A DNA stretch of 64,000 nucleotides from Epithemia pelagica (Eukaryota; Protista; Bacillariophyta): positions 2,480,001 through 2,544,000 of the forward strand of contig OX337237.1 of the NCBI GenBank assembly GCA_946965045.2, written 5' to 3'. The notes under the pieces are model-generated. The model was given only the letters and a program-made list of their open reading frames with translations, made no database searches and was not told the DNA's origin. How positions within the stretch are numbered: the stretch's first letter is position 1; every line of letters begins with the position of its first letter. The translations under genes and the position numbers were made by a program. Positions 43,917-55,352 of the stretch are shown here, piece by piece.

Positions 43917-46900
43917 ATGACTGCAGCCATGGCCAACGGAACCGTTCCCCATGCACCCTATTACGATGATCGAAGGGCTAGCAGAGACGACAACGATGAG
44001 GAGTTTCGGACCATTTATATTGAACTGATGCGCGTCCTTCATGTCATGGAGCAAGAGTTCAACAACAGCCATGACGCTCACCACCCTCCAACCATTGCCT
44101 CAAAGAGTCACCCGTCCTCATGGTATCCTGCCCGAATCCACTATTGCCGGTCTCTTTGCCACCAACTCCAACAACTTGATGTACAAAAGAATGGGTCGTG
44201 GACACGAACTGTGGCATCCGTACAAGAGAGAGTGGAAGCCGTCTGCCGACAATCGGAAGAGCAACTACTCCTGGGAGAGTCCACCACCCAAGGACGAGCA
44301 GCAACCAACGCTATGACTGATTCCAACCAAATCCTACGACAACTCTTGTATCCATCCAAGAGCGAGACAGGTCAGACAGCGGAGGAATCTCCTGTGTCAT
44401 CCATCCACCGAAGAGAAAGCTGGGATGACGGCGCCATGGCGACATCGTCTTCCAAGGACACGTATGAAAATGACAAGGAGACTGACGCTCCTCCTGCTGT
44501 GCACAGTAAGGAAGGAGAAAATGACGTGCCATCCATGGTGATAAGTCCGGAAGACCTTCAGGAACAGCAACGTGAACAAATGGAAGAAGCCATTCGTGCC
44601 ATGGCCTCGCAAATGAAACAGGAAACGGAGCGGATTCATCAAACATTGCGGAGTCAAGCCGCCAATCTGGACGAACTGGAACAAGTGACAACCGAAAATG
44701 TCGAGGCCGTTTCCCAAGTGGCGCAAGATGTTTCGGAACACGTACGACAAGGATGGACGAAATCCTTGGGAACCTGGACAATGCTCTTTGTTTTGGTGGG
44801 AGTCTTTGTGTTGACTCTACTCATCATTCTCATGGCACCCAAACGACGCGATGTACCCTGTTTCTTCTTTTTCTGTGATTCGTACTCGCATTCGACCGTT
44901 CCGGCACCTGCCACCAACAGTGATCAATTTTGTCGCATCTTACCCAATGGCGAACAAGAGTGCTTGGCGGGGGAATCCTTGGTCCGAGAAAAAGACCATA
45001 TGGACAAGGCTTTGCTGGATCACGACCGGATGGATCAGGACATTGACGATGAAAGCCAAGGCGAATCAAACTATGTGGAGGCGCGGAACAATGATGACGA
45101 TGAAAGGGCCAAACTGGATCGCTTGCTCGACGATAAAGATTGGAACGAGGAGACCGAAGAAGCAATAGACGATTCAGAGGGTTTAGATGAAAATAACAAA
45201 GATTATGAGACCGAATATGATGAAAATGACAAGGCTGAGCTAGATCGCTTGCTCGACCAAGACTTGAACGAGGAAAGCAAAGAAGAAGAAGACGATGACG
45301 ATTATTCAGAGTTTTCAAACCGTGCCGAAGAATATTGGTCGGAATATGATCCAAGTGACAAGGCCGAGCTGGATCGTTTACTCGACAAAGAATTGTACGG
45401 TGAGACCGAAGAAGAAGAAAAAGAGGAAGAAGTCGATCCAGATTTGTCAGACCATGATGAAGATTATGAATATGATCAGGATGACGAACTGGATCGTTTG
45501 CTCGATGAAAACTTGAATGGGGAAACAGAAGAAACAGAAAACGAAGCAGAGTTTTCAGACGAGAACGAAGATTATGAAGTGCAATATAGTCAAGATGACA
45601 AGGCCGAACTGGATCGCTTGCTTGATCAAGGCTTGGACCACGAAACAGAAGAAGCAGAAGATGAAACAGAAGAAGCAGACCAGCACGGAGGATATGAAGT
45701 GCAATATGATCAAGATGACAAGGCCGAACTGGATCGCTTGCTCGACGAGGAATTGAACGATGAGACCGAAGAAACAGAAAACGAAGCAGAGTTTTCAGAC
45801 GAGGAGGAAGATTATGAAACGCAAGATGAACAAGGCTCCGTCGAAGAGGACGTGAACGGTGAAACCGAGGACAATTCCGAGTTTTCGGACCATGACGAAG
45901 AAGATGTGGTGGAAAATGATGAAGATAGCAATGCTGAACTTGATGGCGTGGTCTACGAGAACTTGAACGATGAGACCGAAGACGCAGAAAACGACCATGA
46001 CCAAGACAATGAGTCGGAATATGATTCAGATGACAAGGCCGAACTGGATCGCTTGCTTGATGAGCAATTTAACGCTGAGACCGAAGAAGAAAAAGGCGAT
46101 CCAGCGTTGGTGGACCATGAGGGAGAACATGAGTCCGAATATGATCCAGCTGATAACGCCGAACTGGAGCAATCTGTTGACGAGGAACTGAACGATGAGA
46201 CTGAAGAAGAAAAAGACGATTCAGCGATGTCGGACCACGGAGAAGGAGATGATCAGCCAGCAAGCAACGGGGCTGGAGGAATGCTAGAGAACGAAGGGGT
46301 TGTCCCTCATGGAGATAAAGAAATGCGGACGGTTGAAATTGAAGATCATATTATGCCTCACAGCGAAGGCGATGGCATAGTATTGACAGAGGAGGTCGAA
46401 GTGGGAATGGATGGAGAATTGATTGATATGCCAACAAGGGCCATCTCGGAGAACGAGGTCATCTCGGAGACCGAAATGTCAGCAGTGAGAGATGAGGATC
46501 ACGATGTGGAAAGTGTGGATTCTCAAGATGACGAGTATTTCACTCAAGATGAGACCACGACTGAGCATATGGAAGCTTCTGCGATGGCGACGAATGGTGA
46601 AAGAGATGAGGAAACGACTAACTCAAATCATAACGATTCCATGGAGCAAGACAAAGAAGAGAGAACCGAACTGCATGAAGCAATTGGTCGTGATGGAGAG
46701 CATATTATTTATGAACGAAGCGACAATGACATGATTTTGACAGACGAAACAGACGTGGAAGTAGACAGAGAACCTGCTGATGATCCTAAAGCCTCTACAT
46801 ATGAAGATGAGGATGTTCAAGACCCCAAAGGCGAAGAAAAGCAAAAGAGCGATGAATATCAGAACGAAAATGACCATGATCTGTATGATGTGGATGCGAC

Positions 46901-47381
46901 TGCGGAAGAAGCGCACCAAGTACGAGAGGGAGTGATTGCAGATGACGACTCCAGAAATGAGAATACAACCCCCAACGATGATGAGAGCATAAGCGGGAAC
47001 GAACAGCAGAGCATGAACGCATCGAGTGAAGCCACGAACAGTGAGGACCCCGAAATGGATGCTTCGCCAGATGAGATTCCACTGTTTCGAAACAAGCCTT
47101 TCTCTCCCGAGGACGTTCGCAAAGCGGCGGCGTATGGTGACGTGGAATCTTTGGAAGGATATCTAAAGATTCGATCGGATTGGGGCCAAAGTGCGGATCA
47201 AAACGCATGGACAGCTTGGCATCTCGCAGCCCGAAGAGGCGACACAAATGCCATTGCGATATTGAAGAAAGCCTTTGGTGGCATTTCTACACTTAGAAGT
47301 GTAGATGGCCTTACTGCCCTTGATGTGGCTATCGGACACTGGGGAAGGGATCATGTGATCACGCAGATGCTGTCAAGTTGA
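43917..47381 (+). CDS. USE1-like SNARE/TM protein with long acidic-repeat region and C-terminal ankyrin repeats
   Basis: Coiled coil QREQMEEAIRAMASQMKQETERIHQTL...ENVEAVSQV followed by the TM segment WTMLFVLVGVFVLTLLIILMAP. About 9 repeats of YDxDDKAELDRLLDEELNxETEE. Ankyrin-like WTAWHLAARRGD and GLTALDVA. First true ATG at 43917. Confidence 0.75.
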   Translation: MTAAMANGTVPHAPYYDDRRASRDDNDEEFRTIYIELMRVLHVMEQEFNNSHDAHHPPTIASKSHPSSWYPARIHYCRSLCHQLQQLDVQKNGSWTRTVASVQERVEAVCRQSEEQLLLGESTTQGRAATNAMTDSNQILRQLLYPSKSETGQTAEESPVSSIHRRESWDDGAMATSSSKDTYENDKETDAPPAVHSKEGENDVPSMVISPEDLQEQQREQMEEAIRAMASQMKQETERIHQTLRSQAANLDELEQVTTENVEAVSQVAQDVSEHVRQGWTKSLGTWTMLFVLVGVFVLTLLIILMAPKRRDVPCFFFFCDSYSHSTVPAPATNSDQFCRILPNGEQECLAGESLVREKDHMDKALLDHDRMDQDIDDESQGESNYVEARNNDDDERAKLDRLLDDKDWNEETEEAIDDSEGLDENNKDYETEYDENDKAELDRLLDQDLNEESKEEEDDDDYSEFSNRAEEYWSEYDPSDKAELDRLLDKELYGETEEEEKEEEVDPDLSDHDEDYEYDQDDELDRLLDENLNGETEETENEAEFSDENEDYEVQYSQDDKAELDRLLDQGLDHETEEAEDETEEADQHGGYEVQYDQDDKAELDRLLDEELNDETEETENEAEFSDEEEDYETQDEQGSVEEDVNGETEDNSEFSDHDEEDVVENDEDSNAELDGVVYENLNDETEDAENDHDQDNESEYDSDDKAELDRLLDEQFNAETEEEKGDPALVDHEGEHESEYDPADNAELEQSVDEELNDETEEEKDDSAMSDHGEGDDQPASNGAGGMLENEGVVPHGDKEMRTVEIEDHIMPHSEGDGIVLTEEVEVGMDGELIDMPTRAISENEVISETEMSAVRDEDHDVESVDSQDDEYFTQDETTTEHMEASAMATNGERDEETTNSNHNDSMEQDKEERTELHEAIGRDGEHIIYERSDNDMILTDETDVEVDREPADDPKASTYEDEDVQDPKGEEKQKSDEYQNENDHDLYDVDATAEEAHQVREGVIADDDSRNENTTPNDDESISGNEQQSMNASSEATNSEDPEMDASPDEIPLFRNKPFSPEDVRKAAAYGDVESLEGYLKIRSDWGQSADQNAWTAWHLAARRGDTNAIAILKKAFGGISTLRSVDGLTALDVAIGHWGRDHVITQMLSS

Positions 47382-47698
47382 TCAGTGTATATACCGTGCA
47401 TTTCTTTCAAATCGTTGCCGCTACAGACAGTTTTTGTCGCTATTGGAGATCGGGATTTACCGTGTAGGCGGGGCTAAGACACAATGAGGAGAATTCCAAC
47501 ATCATAAAAGCAGTTGATGATGAGGTTAACAAAACCCATTTCTACCTAACCCAGCATCGTCGGGATAGCCGTTGAAGTCGCTGACAGTCAGTAAGAAGTC
47601 GATTGGGGAGGTTTGTGTGTGCCGAGTGCCGAACTCAGATCTGATGAACTCACATGAAAGCTACGTAAGGTTGGACCGATAAAAATTGCGTTCCTTTA

Positions 47699-49641
47699 TT
47701 AATAGCGATATGTTTGTTCCAAAATATGATTGCTTCCGTCGCTGTCGCCTGTCGAGAAAAATGCCTCTTGCAACCGTCGACATTTGTTTGATAGAGATCC
47801 AAATGTCACTGAGAATACAAGGGAGATAAGAGCGGCTGCATAGAGTATGGATCGATTGGCAATGGCACGACGTCCTAGTAATAATGGTACTGCATTTGAC
47901 ACGAGGCCGTACACAGCCCCCATTGCACTCGTTGCCAAGGATATGGTAGACAAGCGTCCGAAACGTTGTTCCCAATTGGCCGCTTGTCGTCGTACCGCAT
48001 GACATTGAGGAGAAAACTTGCCGTGCGAATCCCAAATGGACATGGGTCGAACAGATGTACCAGGGGAACTTTGTGTTGAACGGTTGCCAGTCAAGGCATG
48101 CAAAGGAAAGGGTCCTCCATTACCAAATTTCTGCATCCAACGTTGCAAGGCGGCAACTCCTGCATCACTGGGTGTGACAACCAAATCATCCCACGAAGAT
48201 CACCGACCAGTGCGACTATCACCATATTCTTGTTGTCGTGCTGTCCAATCGGCTACTTTGCGTTCATCTTGTCCTTGCATTGTCCACATGTCTTGTTTTC
48301 CAAAGCGTACCCGGAAGTCCGACAAGAGAAGAAAAACGTGCAGCCAATTTCCCACCATTTGTCGTACCGAGGAGGGTAACAAAAGCCTTTGTACTCGATC
48401 CAGTCGCTTTAAAAAGGGCGAACTGGGGAGTTTAAAATAGCCATGGTGGTTGTCGTCGTGGGGGAATTGGGAACAAAGTACAGGCGAGCCGCAAACGCTC
48501 CGGGAGACGACACAACAGTGGTACAGGGAGGAATAAATTGTCGTGTCGACATGCTGGAAACGTTGGCGGGGGAATCCAGCTTGGATTTCATGTAGGGAGA
48601 ATGTTCGAGGGTAAAGCCTTCTTCTGGGATCAAGGAGGTATTGGTGATTTGATAAACTTGCATGGGTTGAGCATTCTCGGGGGAATAGGCCATTCCCGTT
48701 CCCGGTGCTTGAGTTCCTTCATGGACAAAGGGTGCATGAGAGGGATCCAAAGAGTTTTCCAACATGGACAAGTACGAAATCGGCCATGTAGAAAAGATCC
48801 AAACGAGAGTTGATGACTCCAATTCCTCTTGAGGAACGGCAGCATTTACCGGGATCTCGGGAAGACTCTTCGTGCTGGATGCTGACAGATAGAATGGATC
48901 CATAAACACCCATAGCATCCCACCGGATTCTCGCACTGGATACGATAACACTCGGATCCGACTCGTTGGACCACTGCTAGACTCGGAGCTAGGTGGTATC
49001 TGCATGGGTATTTTCGTGCAGGATCCTTGTGCATCATACTCCCATCCATGGTATCGACAGGCGAGCGAAGATTCTGACGATTCCGAGTCAGCATCTGGTG
49101 GCACTACCTTGCCAGTTGACAAGGGCGCTCTTCGATGGGGACAAGTGTCTTGCAACACAGAATATTGGTTGTCACTAGATTTCCACAAGACGAGCTTTTG
49201 ATCTAACATGTCAAAGGCGAGTGGCTTGGTTTCCAAATCCAGTCCCTTGGCATACGAAGCAGGCAGAATAGGATACCATTGCTGCGTCCAAACAAATTTG
49301 TTGTCGTCTTTTTCTGCCTCAAGGTTTGCATCCAAACCAGATTGTTGAGATTGTATGTTGATGGGTTCTTGAGGCTCAAAAGCAGCCGCATCGGCTGTTG
49401 GCCTGGTAACGGAAGGGATGGCGGTGAAAGGAGTACGAGTTTTCCCTTTTACCATGATACGTCCAGAGGATGTGCGCGAATCTGGACCACAGCGACCCCG
49501 AGAATCCCTTTCACAAAAAGAATCACTACAAGAACTGCGTGGAACCACAAAGCCAGTTACAACACAGAGAACCGAGCCGCTGCCAACAACGGCCAGAATA
49601 GCCAACGCTGCTGGTAGTTGCGCCAAGACTGAAGGATTCAT
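47699..49641 (-). pseudogene. Pheophorbide a oxygenase (PAO/TIC55)-like Rieske oxygenase, disrupted copy
   Basis: CPHRRAPLS, CRYHGW and ENSLDPSHAPFVHEG present. Two frameshifts (about 48440 and 48380), an in-frame TGA at about 48200 where the paralog has CGA, and CPQC changed to SPQC. Confidence 0.8.
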
Positions 49642-50219
49642 GCTTCTCTAGTAACAATGCAACGACTTTCTTGACGAATCCGATCTCTCAACAGATTTGT
49701 GAGGTGAGCGGCGAGAGCGTGGTCATGCCCTGGATCTCATTCTCCTACATTACCTGAAAAAAAACATTCTCCTGCATTACCTCTAAGCGGTCAGAAGTTA
49801 ATGGGTCGCTTGTGTGTCGTCCTTTTGGTAACAAAAGTATTACTATTGTAAACATCGTATTTCGATCACTAATCCTCATGACTCACCCCCGCTGAGGGAT
49901 ACAAAATCGCCGTACGCCGTATAATAGATAGAGAGTGCCTTGTGGTCAGTGAAGACGGAGACAGAAAATCGATGGAGTTCTAGAAAATCTGACGTCATGT
50001 ACCTCTTGATTAGGCTCAGAACAGAATAACAGAAAAGGCTATGGAAGCTAGGAGTAGCCCTCTAGAGTAGGAGTAATACATCTCTACTCTCTACTCCTAC
50101 TACCATAAGCTAAGAGTTCCTTCCCCCACCGCCTAATAGAGATACTGGAAATCATTGAAGACGGGTTTCATTGTTTGTGCGCTTTATGATTTGTTGTTGT
50201 CAAGTGTTCGTCAATGTTT

Positions 50220-51931
50220 TCATGAATCATACTGGTAGGTTAGTTCCAAAATTTGATTTCTCCCACCCGAATCTCCGGTTCGAAAGAATCGTTGTTGAAT
50301 TCGTCGACAACGTTCCGAGAGCGTTCGAAAAGTCACCGACAAGACGACAGACACCAGGGAGGTGGTATAGACCAAGGACAAGGACGAGCGCATGATCGCC
50401 ATGCCGCGGTTGGTGGCAACTAGGGTACTGTACAGGGCTCCCAACACACTCAACGCCAAGGACACGGTGGAGGCTTGGCCCAAACGTTGTTCCAACCACG
50501 CCGCTTGCCGTCGGACGGCACGACATTGGGGACAAAATTTGCCACGGGACTCCCACAAGGACATGGGCCGAACGGCGTGTGCCGAAGAACTGGTAGCTGG
50601 AGTCGGATTGGACAACAAATTGTGCAAGGGAAACGGTCCTCCGTTGCCAAATTTCTTCATCCATCGTTGCAACGTTGCCACTCCGGTATCGCTGGGTGTC
50701 ACAACCATATCATCCCAGGATGATCGACGACCACCTATGCGACTTTGGTCATGAATGTCTTGATGTTGTCGTCTTAAATCGGCCAGTTTCCGTTCATCTT
50801 GGCCTTGCATGGTCCACATGTCTTGTTTCCCAAATTGATCTTGTCCCTCCGCCATGAGTCCGGAGACATGCCGCCAATTGGCTAGTGTTGTGCGCCAGGC
50901 AGGAGGCAAAAGCCTCTTTTGGAGAAAGTCCAGTGGTTTTGACTTTGTTGTGGGTGTGCTGGGAAGTTTCATGAAACCAATTGTTGTGGTCGTTGTGGCG
51001 GTATTTGGGACAAAGTACAACCGTCCACTGAAAAAGGGAGGACTGGAAAATATATTGGTACAGGGAGGCAAAAATCGACGGACCGTCATCAAGGGAGGAG
51101 CAGTAGCATTGACGGGAAGTTTGGATTTGAGATATGGAGAATGCTCCAAGGCAAATCCATCCGTGACCGTCATGGGTGTGGTAACACGATAAATTTGCAT
51201 CGGTTGAGCGTTGTCGGGGGAATAAGTCATGCCACCAGGCGCTCCAAACCCTTCATGAACAAAGGGCGCATGAGAGGGATCTAACGAATTCTCCAGCATG
51301 GACAAGTACGAAATCGGCCATGCAGAATGGATCCAAATTCCTGCTGAAGAGTTGAATTCGTCTTGAGACATGACGGATTCCTCTGGAATCTCGGGAAGAG
51401 TATTCGTGCTTGACGATGACAGGTAGAAAGGATCCATAAATACCCACAACAAACCACCTGCTTCCCGTACCGGATACGACAACACTCGGATCCGACTCGA
51501 TGGTCCACCGCTCGACTCGGAGGTCGGTGGTAACTGCATAGGTATTTTCGTGCAAGATCCTTTTGCATCAAACTCCCATCCATGGTATCGACAGGCGAGC
51601 GAAGATTCTGACGATTCTGATCCAGAAATTGGCCGAACCACCTTGCCAGTCGACAAGGGGGCTCTTCGATGGGGACAAGTGTCTTGCAACACAGAGTAAT
51701 TATTGTCACTAGACTTCCACAAGACGAGCTTTTGATCTAGCATGTCAAAGGCCAGCGGCTTGGTTTCCAAGTCCAATCCATTGACAGACGAAACAGGCAA
51801 GATTGGATACCACTGCTGCGTCCACACAAATTTCTCCTTTTCTCCTCCTCCTCTACATTGCTAGAATCTTGTGCATTGTTGGTAACTTCTTGCATCAATG
51901 GGTTTGGTTCTTGTTGGATCGAGGCAAGCGC

Positions 51932-51964
<33 letters not shown>

Positions 51965-52150
51965 GGTTGTGCGCATCCGCCTCGACAGATGGTCTTGATG
52001 CACAAGAGCTTCGTCAGTGGACAAGTCTTTCCTTGTATGAGAACGTTGAGGTACGACAAATCCATTCACCTCCGCTGGGATCATGATGGTCCAGAGGGCA
52101 AGCATAACAAGGCCGGCTGTCATGTTGCGGATCGGTCGAGAGAACACCAT
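50220..52150 (-). CDS. PAO/TIC55-like Rieske non-heme iron oxygenase, plastid-targeted
   Basis: Signal peptide plus GFVV transit peptide (51737-52150 frame), Rieske CxH and CxxH motifs, mononuclear iron site DPSHAPFVH, CPQC, and C-terminal TM helices. One apparent 1-nt deletion in an A run at about 51840 separates the presequence from the body (likely an assembly error). Confidence 0.85.
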
Positions 52151-52945
52151 TGTTGCAAGTCCAAGTCAGACTCTTCTCCCAATGAATGGGCTGACAGTCA
52201 ATGGCCTCGAGTGACTTGAGACTCTCTCGAGTCTCAACGAACGACGACGCAATCGCTTCTCTGTTGGGGCTTTTGGCTTGTGCTGGTTGTTGTCTCTCAA
52301 AAAACCTTTTCGGTAGCGAAGACTGAAAGGAACATGGAATCGTCTTCTTCTTCTTCCTTATCAAGTTCGTCGTCTCCCTGTTTATATACTCGTATCTTTT
52401 TGCTTTCTGATGTTGTATTTTGTATGAAAAGAAGAAGATGGTCTGTTTCTCGCAAAGACCCTTCCTCCTGCTGATCTTTGATGATGTCATGATTCATGAT
52501 TCAGCTTCCCTACAACTTGTGATGATGTGTCGTTATGTCATAGGATAATGGCATGCCAATTGGCGCACATCTGCAACTGGAGAGAGTCTGAATGAGGTGG
52601 TTGTGACGAAGAAAGAAGACGCGTGGTCAGTGGTCAATGCTATACTCATATCTTTGAAACTCCCCGAGGATATGGCTATTGTCTATCTTCTCTACCTCCC
52701 CTCTTGACCGGCCACATTCACCATGAGACAACATCTTACCCAAAAACCACTGATCTATCATATTCTCTTATGAGTCACAGCTTGTGTTTGAACTTTGAAC
52801 GGACCCACCAAGGAAGAATCCTCATCGAGAGGACGAGGTTGTGACAGAAAGAATGGAGGCCATTTGGGTTCGCCAAGACTCATCCTGTTTCCTATTAGGT
52901 AGAGCTCGTGGTGGTTGCTCTTGCTGCTGTTTGTTGTTATTGTTG

Positions 52946-54982
52946 TTATTGGTATTGTTGTTGCACCAGTTTGGCAAATTCCGCAACTCTCATGTATTGA
53001 GGATCTTCCAAATTGACGGAATGATTGTGCAAGTCCAAATTCCAAAAAATACTCGATTCCGACACGGCCGACAATCCATGCAACAAGAATTGACAGTGGG
53101 ACATGGCCAAGGAATCCACCAACACTTCGACATTGGTCCGATGATGACCACCACCGTGGTGGGTCTTGTGGTGGTGGTGCGTCCCATTCTGGACCGTGTG
53201 GTCCACCAATTGAAAGACGGCGGTTCGATTGGGAGATCGTACCACATGAGGTTGCAACCGGATGCGATTCACAATGTCACGAGGCCAGGTCTGTTGGATG
53301 CGATCGACGACCAGACTGGAATCAGTGGCAACAAAGACAAAGGCCGAAGAAGGCATGGATTGCAAATAGACTTGGACATAGGGCAAAAATTGCACCAATT
53401 TCAATCGTTTCCGATGATTGGCCTTGTCGGAATGTCGCACATGCATGGCCAAACAAGTCACGGACGACCGAGGCGTGGTGCCTGCTCGTGCATCTCCAGT
53501 GGTTGGGGACGGAAAATGGAGGGCTCTGGATACTGTGGTTGTCGTTGTGGTGGTTGGACCACTCCCTGCGAACAAGGAGTCCTCTGGTGCCGGATGATGG
53601 AGAGGATCGATACCACCACCACTTCCAACCAAAAGGGGCGTTTGGAGGGCCCGTGCTGCTGCTTGCCACAAGTAGGGTAAGGGACGATAATACTTTTGAA
53701 CGAGAGCGGCTCCTTGTTGTCGATTCCGTCCCAACCATTGTCGCAAGGTCCTATTGTTGTTGGATGATGACGACACGAGGCCCCCATAGCGCCACGCCCG
53801 CACCGAATCGGGACAGTGCAAATGCAAGCCTTGCAAAATGTGACGCATGGACAATTGAAACACCACGGGTGGTGGTGGTGGTGCACACGACGAGGCGGCA
53901 GCATGGGTGCTGGCAGTCGTGTCATTCTTCCCCGTGCTGGTCGACGACCAGGTACGGGGATCAAAGTCCGAGACGGGTTCAAAATAGGAGGACCAGACAC
54001 CCGTGCCATGAATGGGAATGGTCTCCCATTCGTCGTCGTCGTCTGTCGTTGGATAGGTTGGAGGGGGTGGACAGGCCGACGTTGGAGAAGAGTGATTGCC
54101 CCCTTGGTCCAGAATACGACCTCGTGGCAACCGCACAGTCAAGGATCCTCGAGTTTGTTGCTGTTGATCGCCGTGAACCATGGGATCGTAAATCCAATGC
54201 GAAATGTCATTCAAATGAATCCAGGGCTGTAATCCATGTCGGTCGGCATAGAGCAATTGGTTGAGAATAAACAAGTAAAAAATGGTACCCGCCGCACCTT
54301 CCACATCGCCATGCGAAATGTACAAAATGCCTCGGCTGGACGAGGACGAGGGGGGACACTTGTTGTGGTTTGTGTTTGTGGGAGGAGAATGGACTGTGGT
54401 ACGAAAAATGGCATCCTGGTCAAAAGAGGAAACGGAGGAGGATGCTTGGTTGGGTGCATCAGTCGTCAGAGCGTCCGTCATACCGTGTCGGTGCGGTTGT
54501 GGTTGTGACACTACTGTCCTTGTCGTTTTCCTGCTCGTCGTCGTCGTCTCTGCCTCGGACAACGTCTTACCAAACGTCATGGTGGTTTGGGAAGATGCTG
54601 GCATCCCTCGACTCGGTGTTCGAACAAGAGTTGTGGTTGTTGTCGTCGTCGTTGTTGTGGAAGGGTTGGGACCCACCATCCCTGGACTACTCGTAGGAAT
54701 GACAACGTCGTGTTCGTTGTGGTTGTGGTGGTCCATCCAAAGGACCATACACCGTCCCAGAGTCGTGATCCACACGAGGACGAGGAACAAACGGCGGAAC
54801 CAGTGGGCCGTGGTTGGTAGTAGGATTCGTCGTTGTACTTGTAGGCGGGGGGATGCTGCTGTGGAAGACGACGACGACGCAAAGGACTGAGAAAGGACGG
54901 CGGATCGATGACCACCACCACCAGAAAGGGGTTGTTGATGATCCGACCCCATGAGTTGTTGTTGTTGTCGTCGTCTCATCAT
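52946..54982 (-). CDS. Fucosyltransferase-like glycosyltransferase (NodZ/FUT8-like, GT23-type), type II membrane protein
   Basis: N-terminal TM (LFLVLVWITTLG) and Thr-rich stem, then LAMHVRHSDK, VFVATDS and VLVDSLAMSHCQFLLHGLSAVSE, matching fucosyltransferase motifs I-III. Confidence 0.75.
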   Translation of the reverse strand: MMRRRQQQQLMGSDHQQPLSGGGGHRSAVLSQSFASSSSSTAASPRLQVQRRILLPTTAHWFRRLFLVLVWITTLGRCMVLWMDHHNHNEHDVVIPTSSPGMVGPNPSTTTTTTTTTTLVRTPSRGMPASSQTTMTFGKTLSEAETTTTSRKTTRTVVSQPQPHRHGMTDALTTDAPNQASSSVSSFDQDAIFRTTVHSPPTNTNHNKCPPSSSSSRGILYISHGDVEGAAGTIFYLFILNQLLYADRHGLQPWIHLNDISHWIYDPMVHGDQQQQTRGSLTVRLPRGRILDQGGNHSSPTSACPPPPTYPTTDDDDEWETIPIHGTGVWSSYFEPVSDFDPRTWSSTSTGKNDTTASTHAAASSCAPPPPPVVFQLSMRHILQGLHLHCPDSVRAWRYGGLVSSSSNNNRTLRQWLGRNRQQGAALVQKYYRPLPYLWQAAARALQTPLLVGSGGGIDPLHHPAPEDSLFAGSGPTTTTTTTVSRALHFPSPTTGDARAGTTPRSSVTCLAMHVRHSDKANHRKRLKLVQFLPYVQVYLQSMPSSAFVFVATDSSLVVDRIQQTWPRDIVNRIRLQPHVVRSPNRTAVFQLVDHTVQNGTHHHHKTHHGGGHHRTNVEVLVDSLAMSHCQFLLHGLSAVSESSIFWNLDLHNHSVNLEDPQYMRVAEFAKLVQQQYQ

Positions 54983-55352
54983 GGTATTCTATTATTATTC
55001 GTTGGGAGTTGTCTCGTCGCTCTCTGGAACACCATCATCATGGCTTGTGTCCATTCTGGTTTTTTGTTTGGGCGTTTTGTGAGTCCAGGAGGGAATTCCC
55101 CAAGGGCATCCGCGACCGACGCGACCCGCGACAAAGCGCGCTTCCAGCGCGTAGCGACGGACCCAACCAATCCCTATTCCCTATTCCCAATCCCACAATG
55201 TCCGAATGTTGTGACTTGTGACGGAGAATCGATGGGAACAAAAACACCATGATGCTTCCTGCGTTGTGTCTTGTTGTGGAGACACAAGTACGAATCCATT
55301 CCATATAGTAGTGACAAAGTGATGCGCATCTAGCAAGTTGGGATGAACCAGA

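Noticed and set aside
48370-51850. Programmed frameshifting in the PAO-like genes (also at 4897-4905)
   Set aside because: The shifts fall in short homopolymers with no slippery heptamer or stimulatory structure. Sequencing error or decay is more likely.
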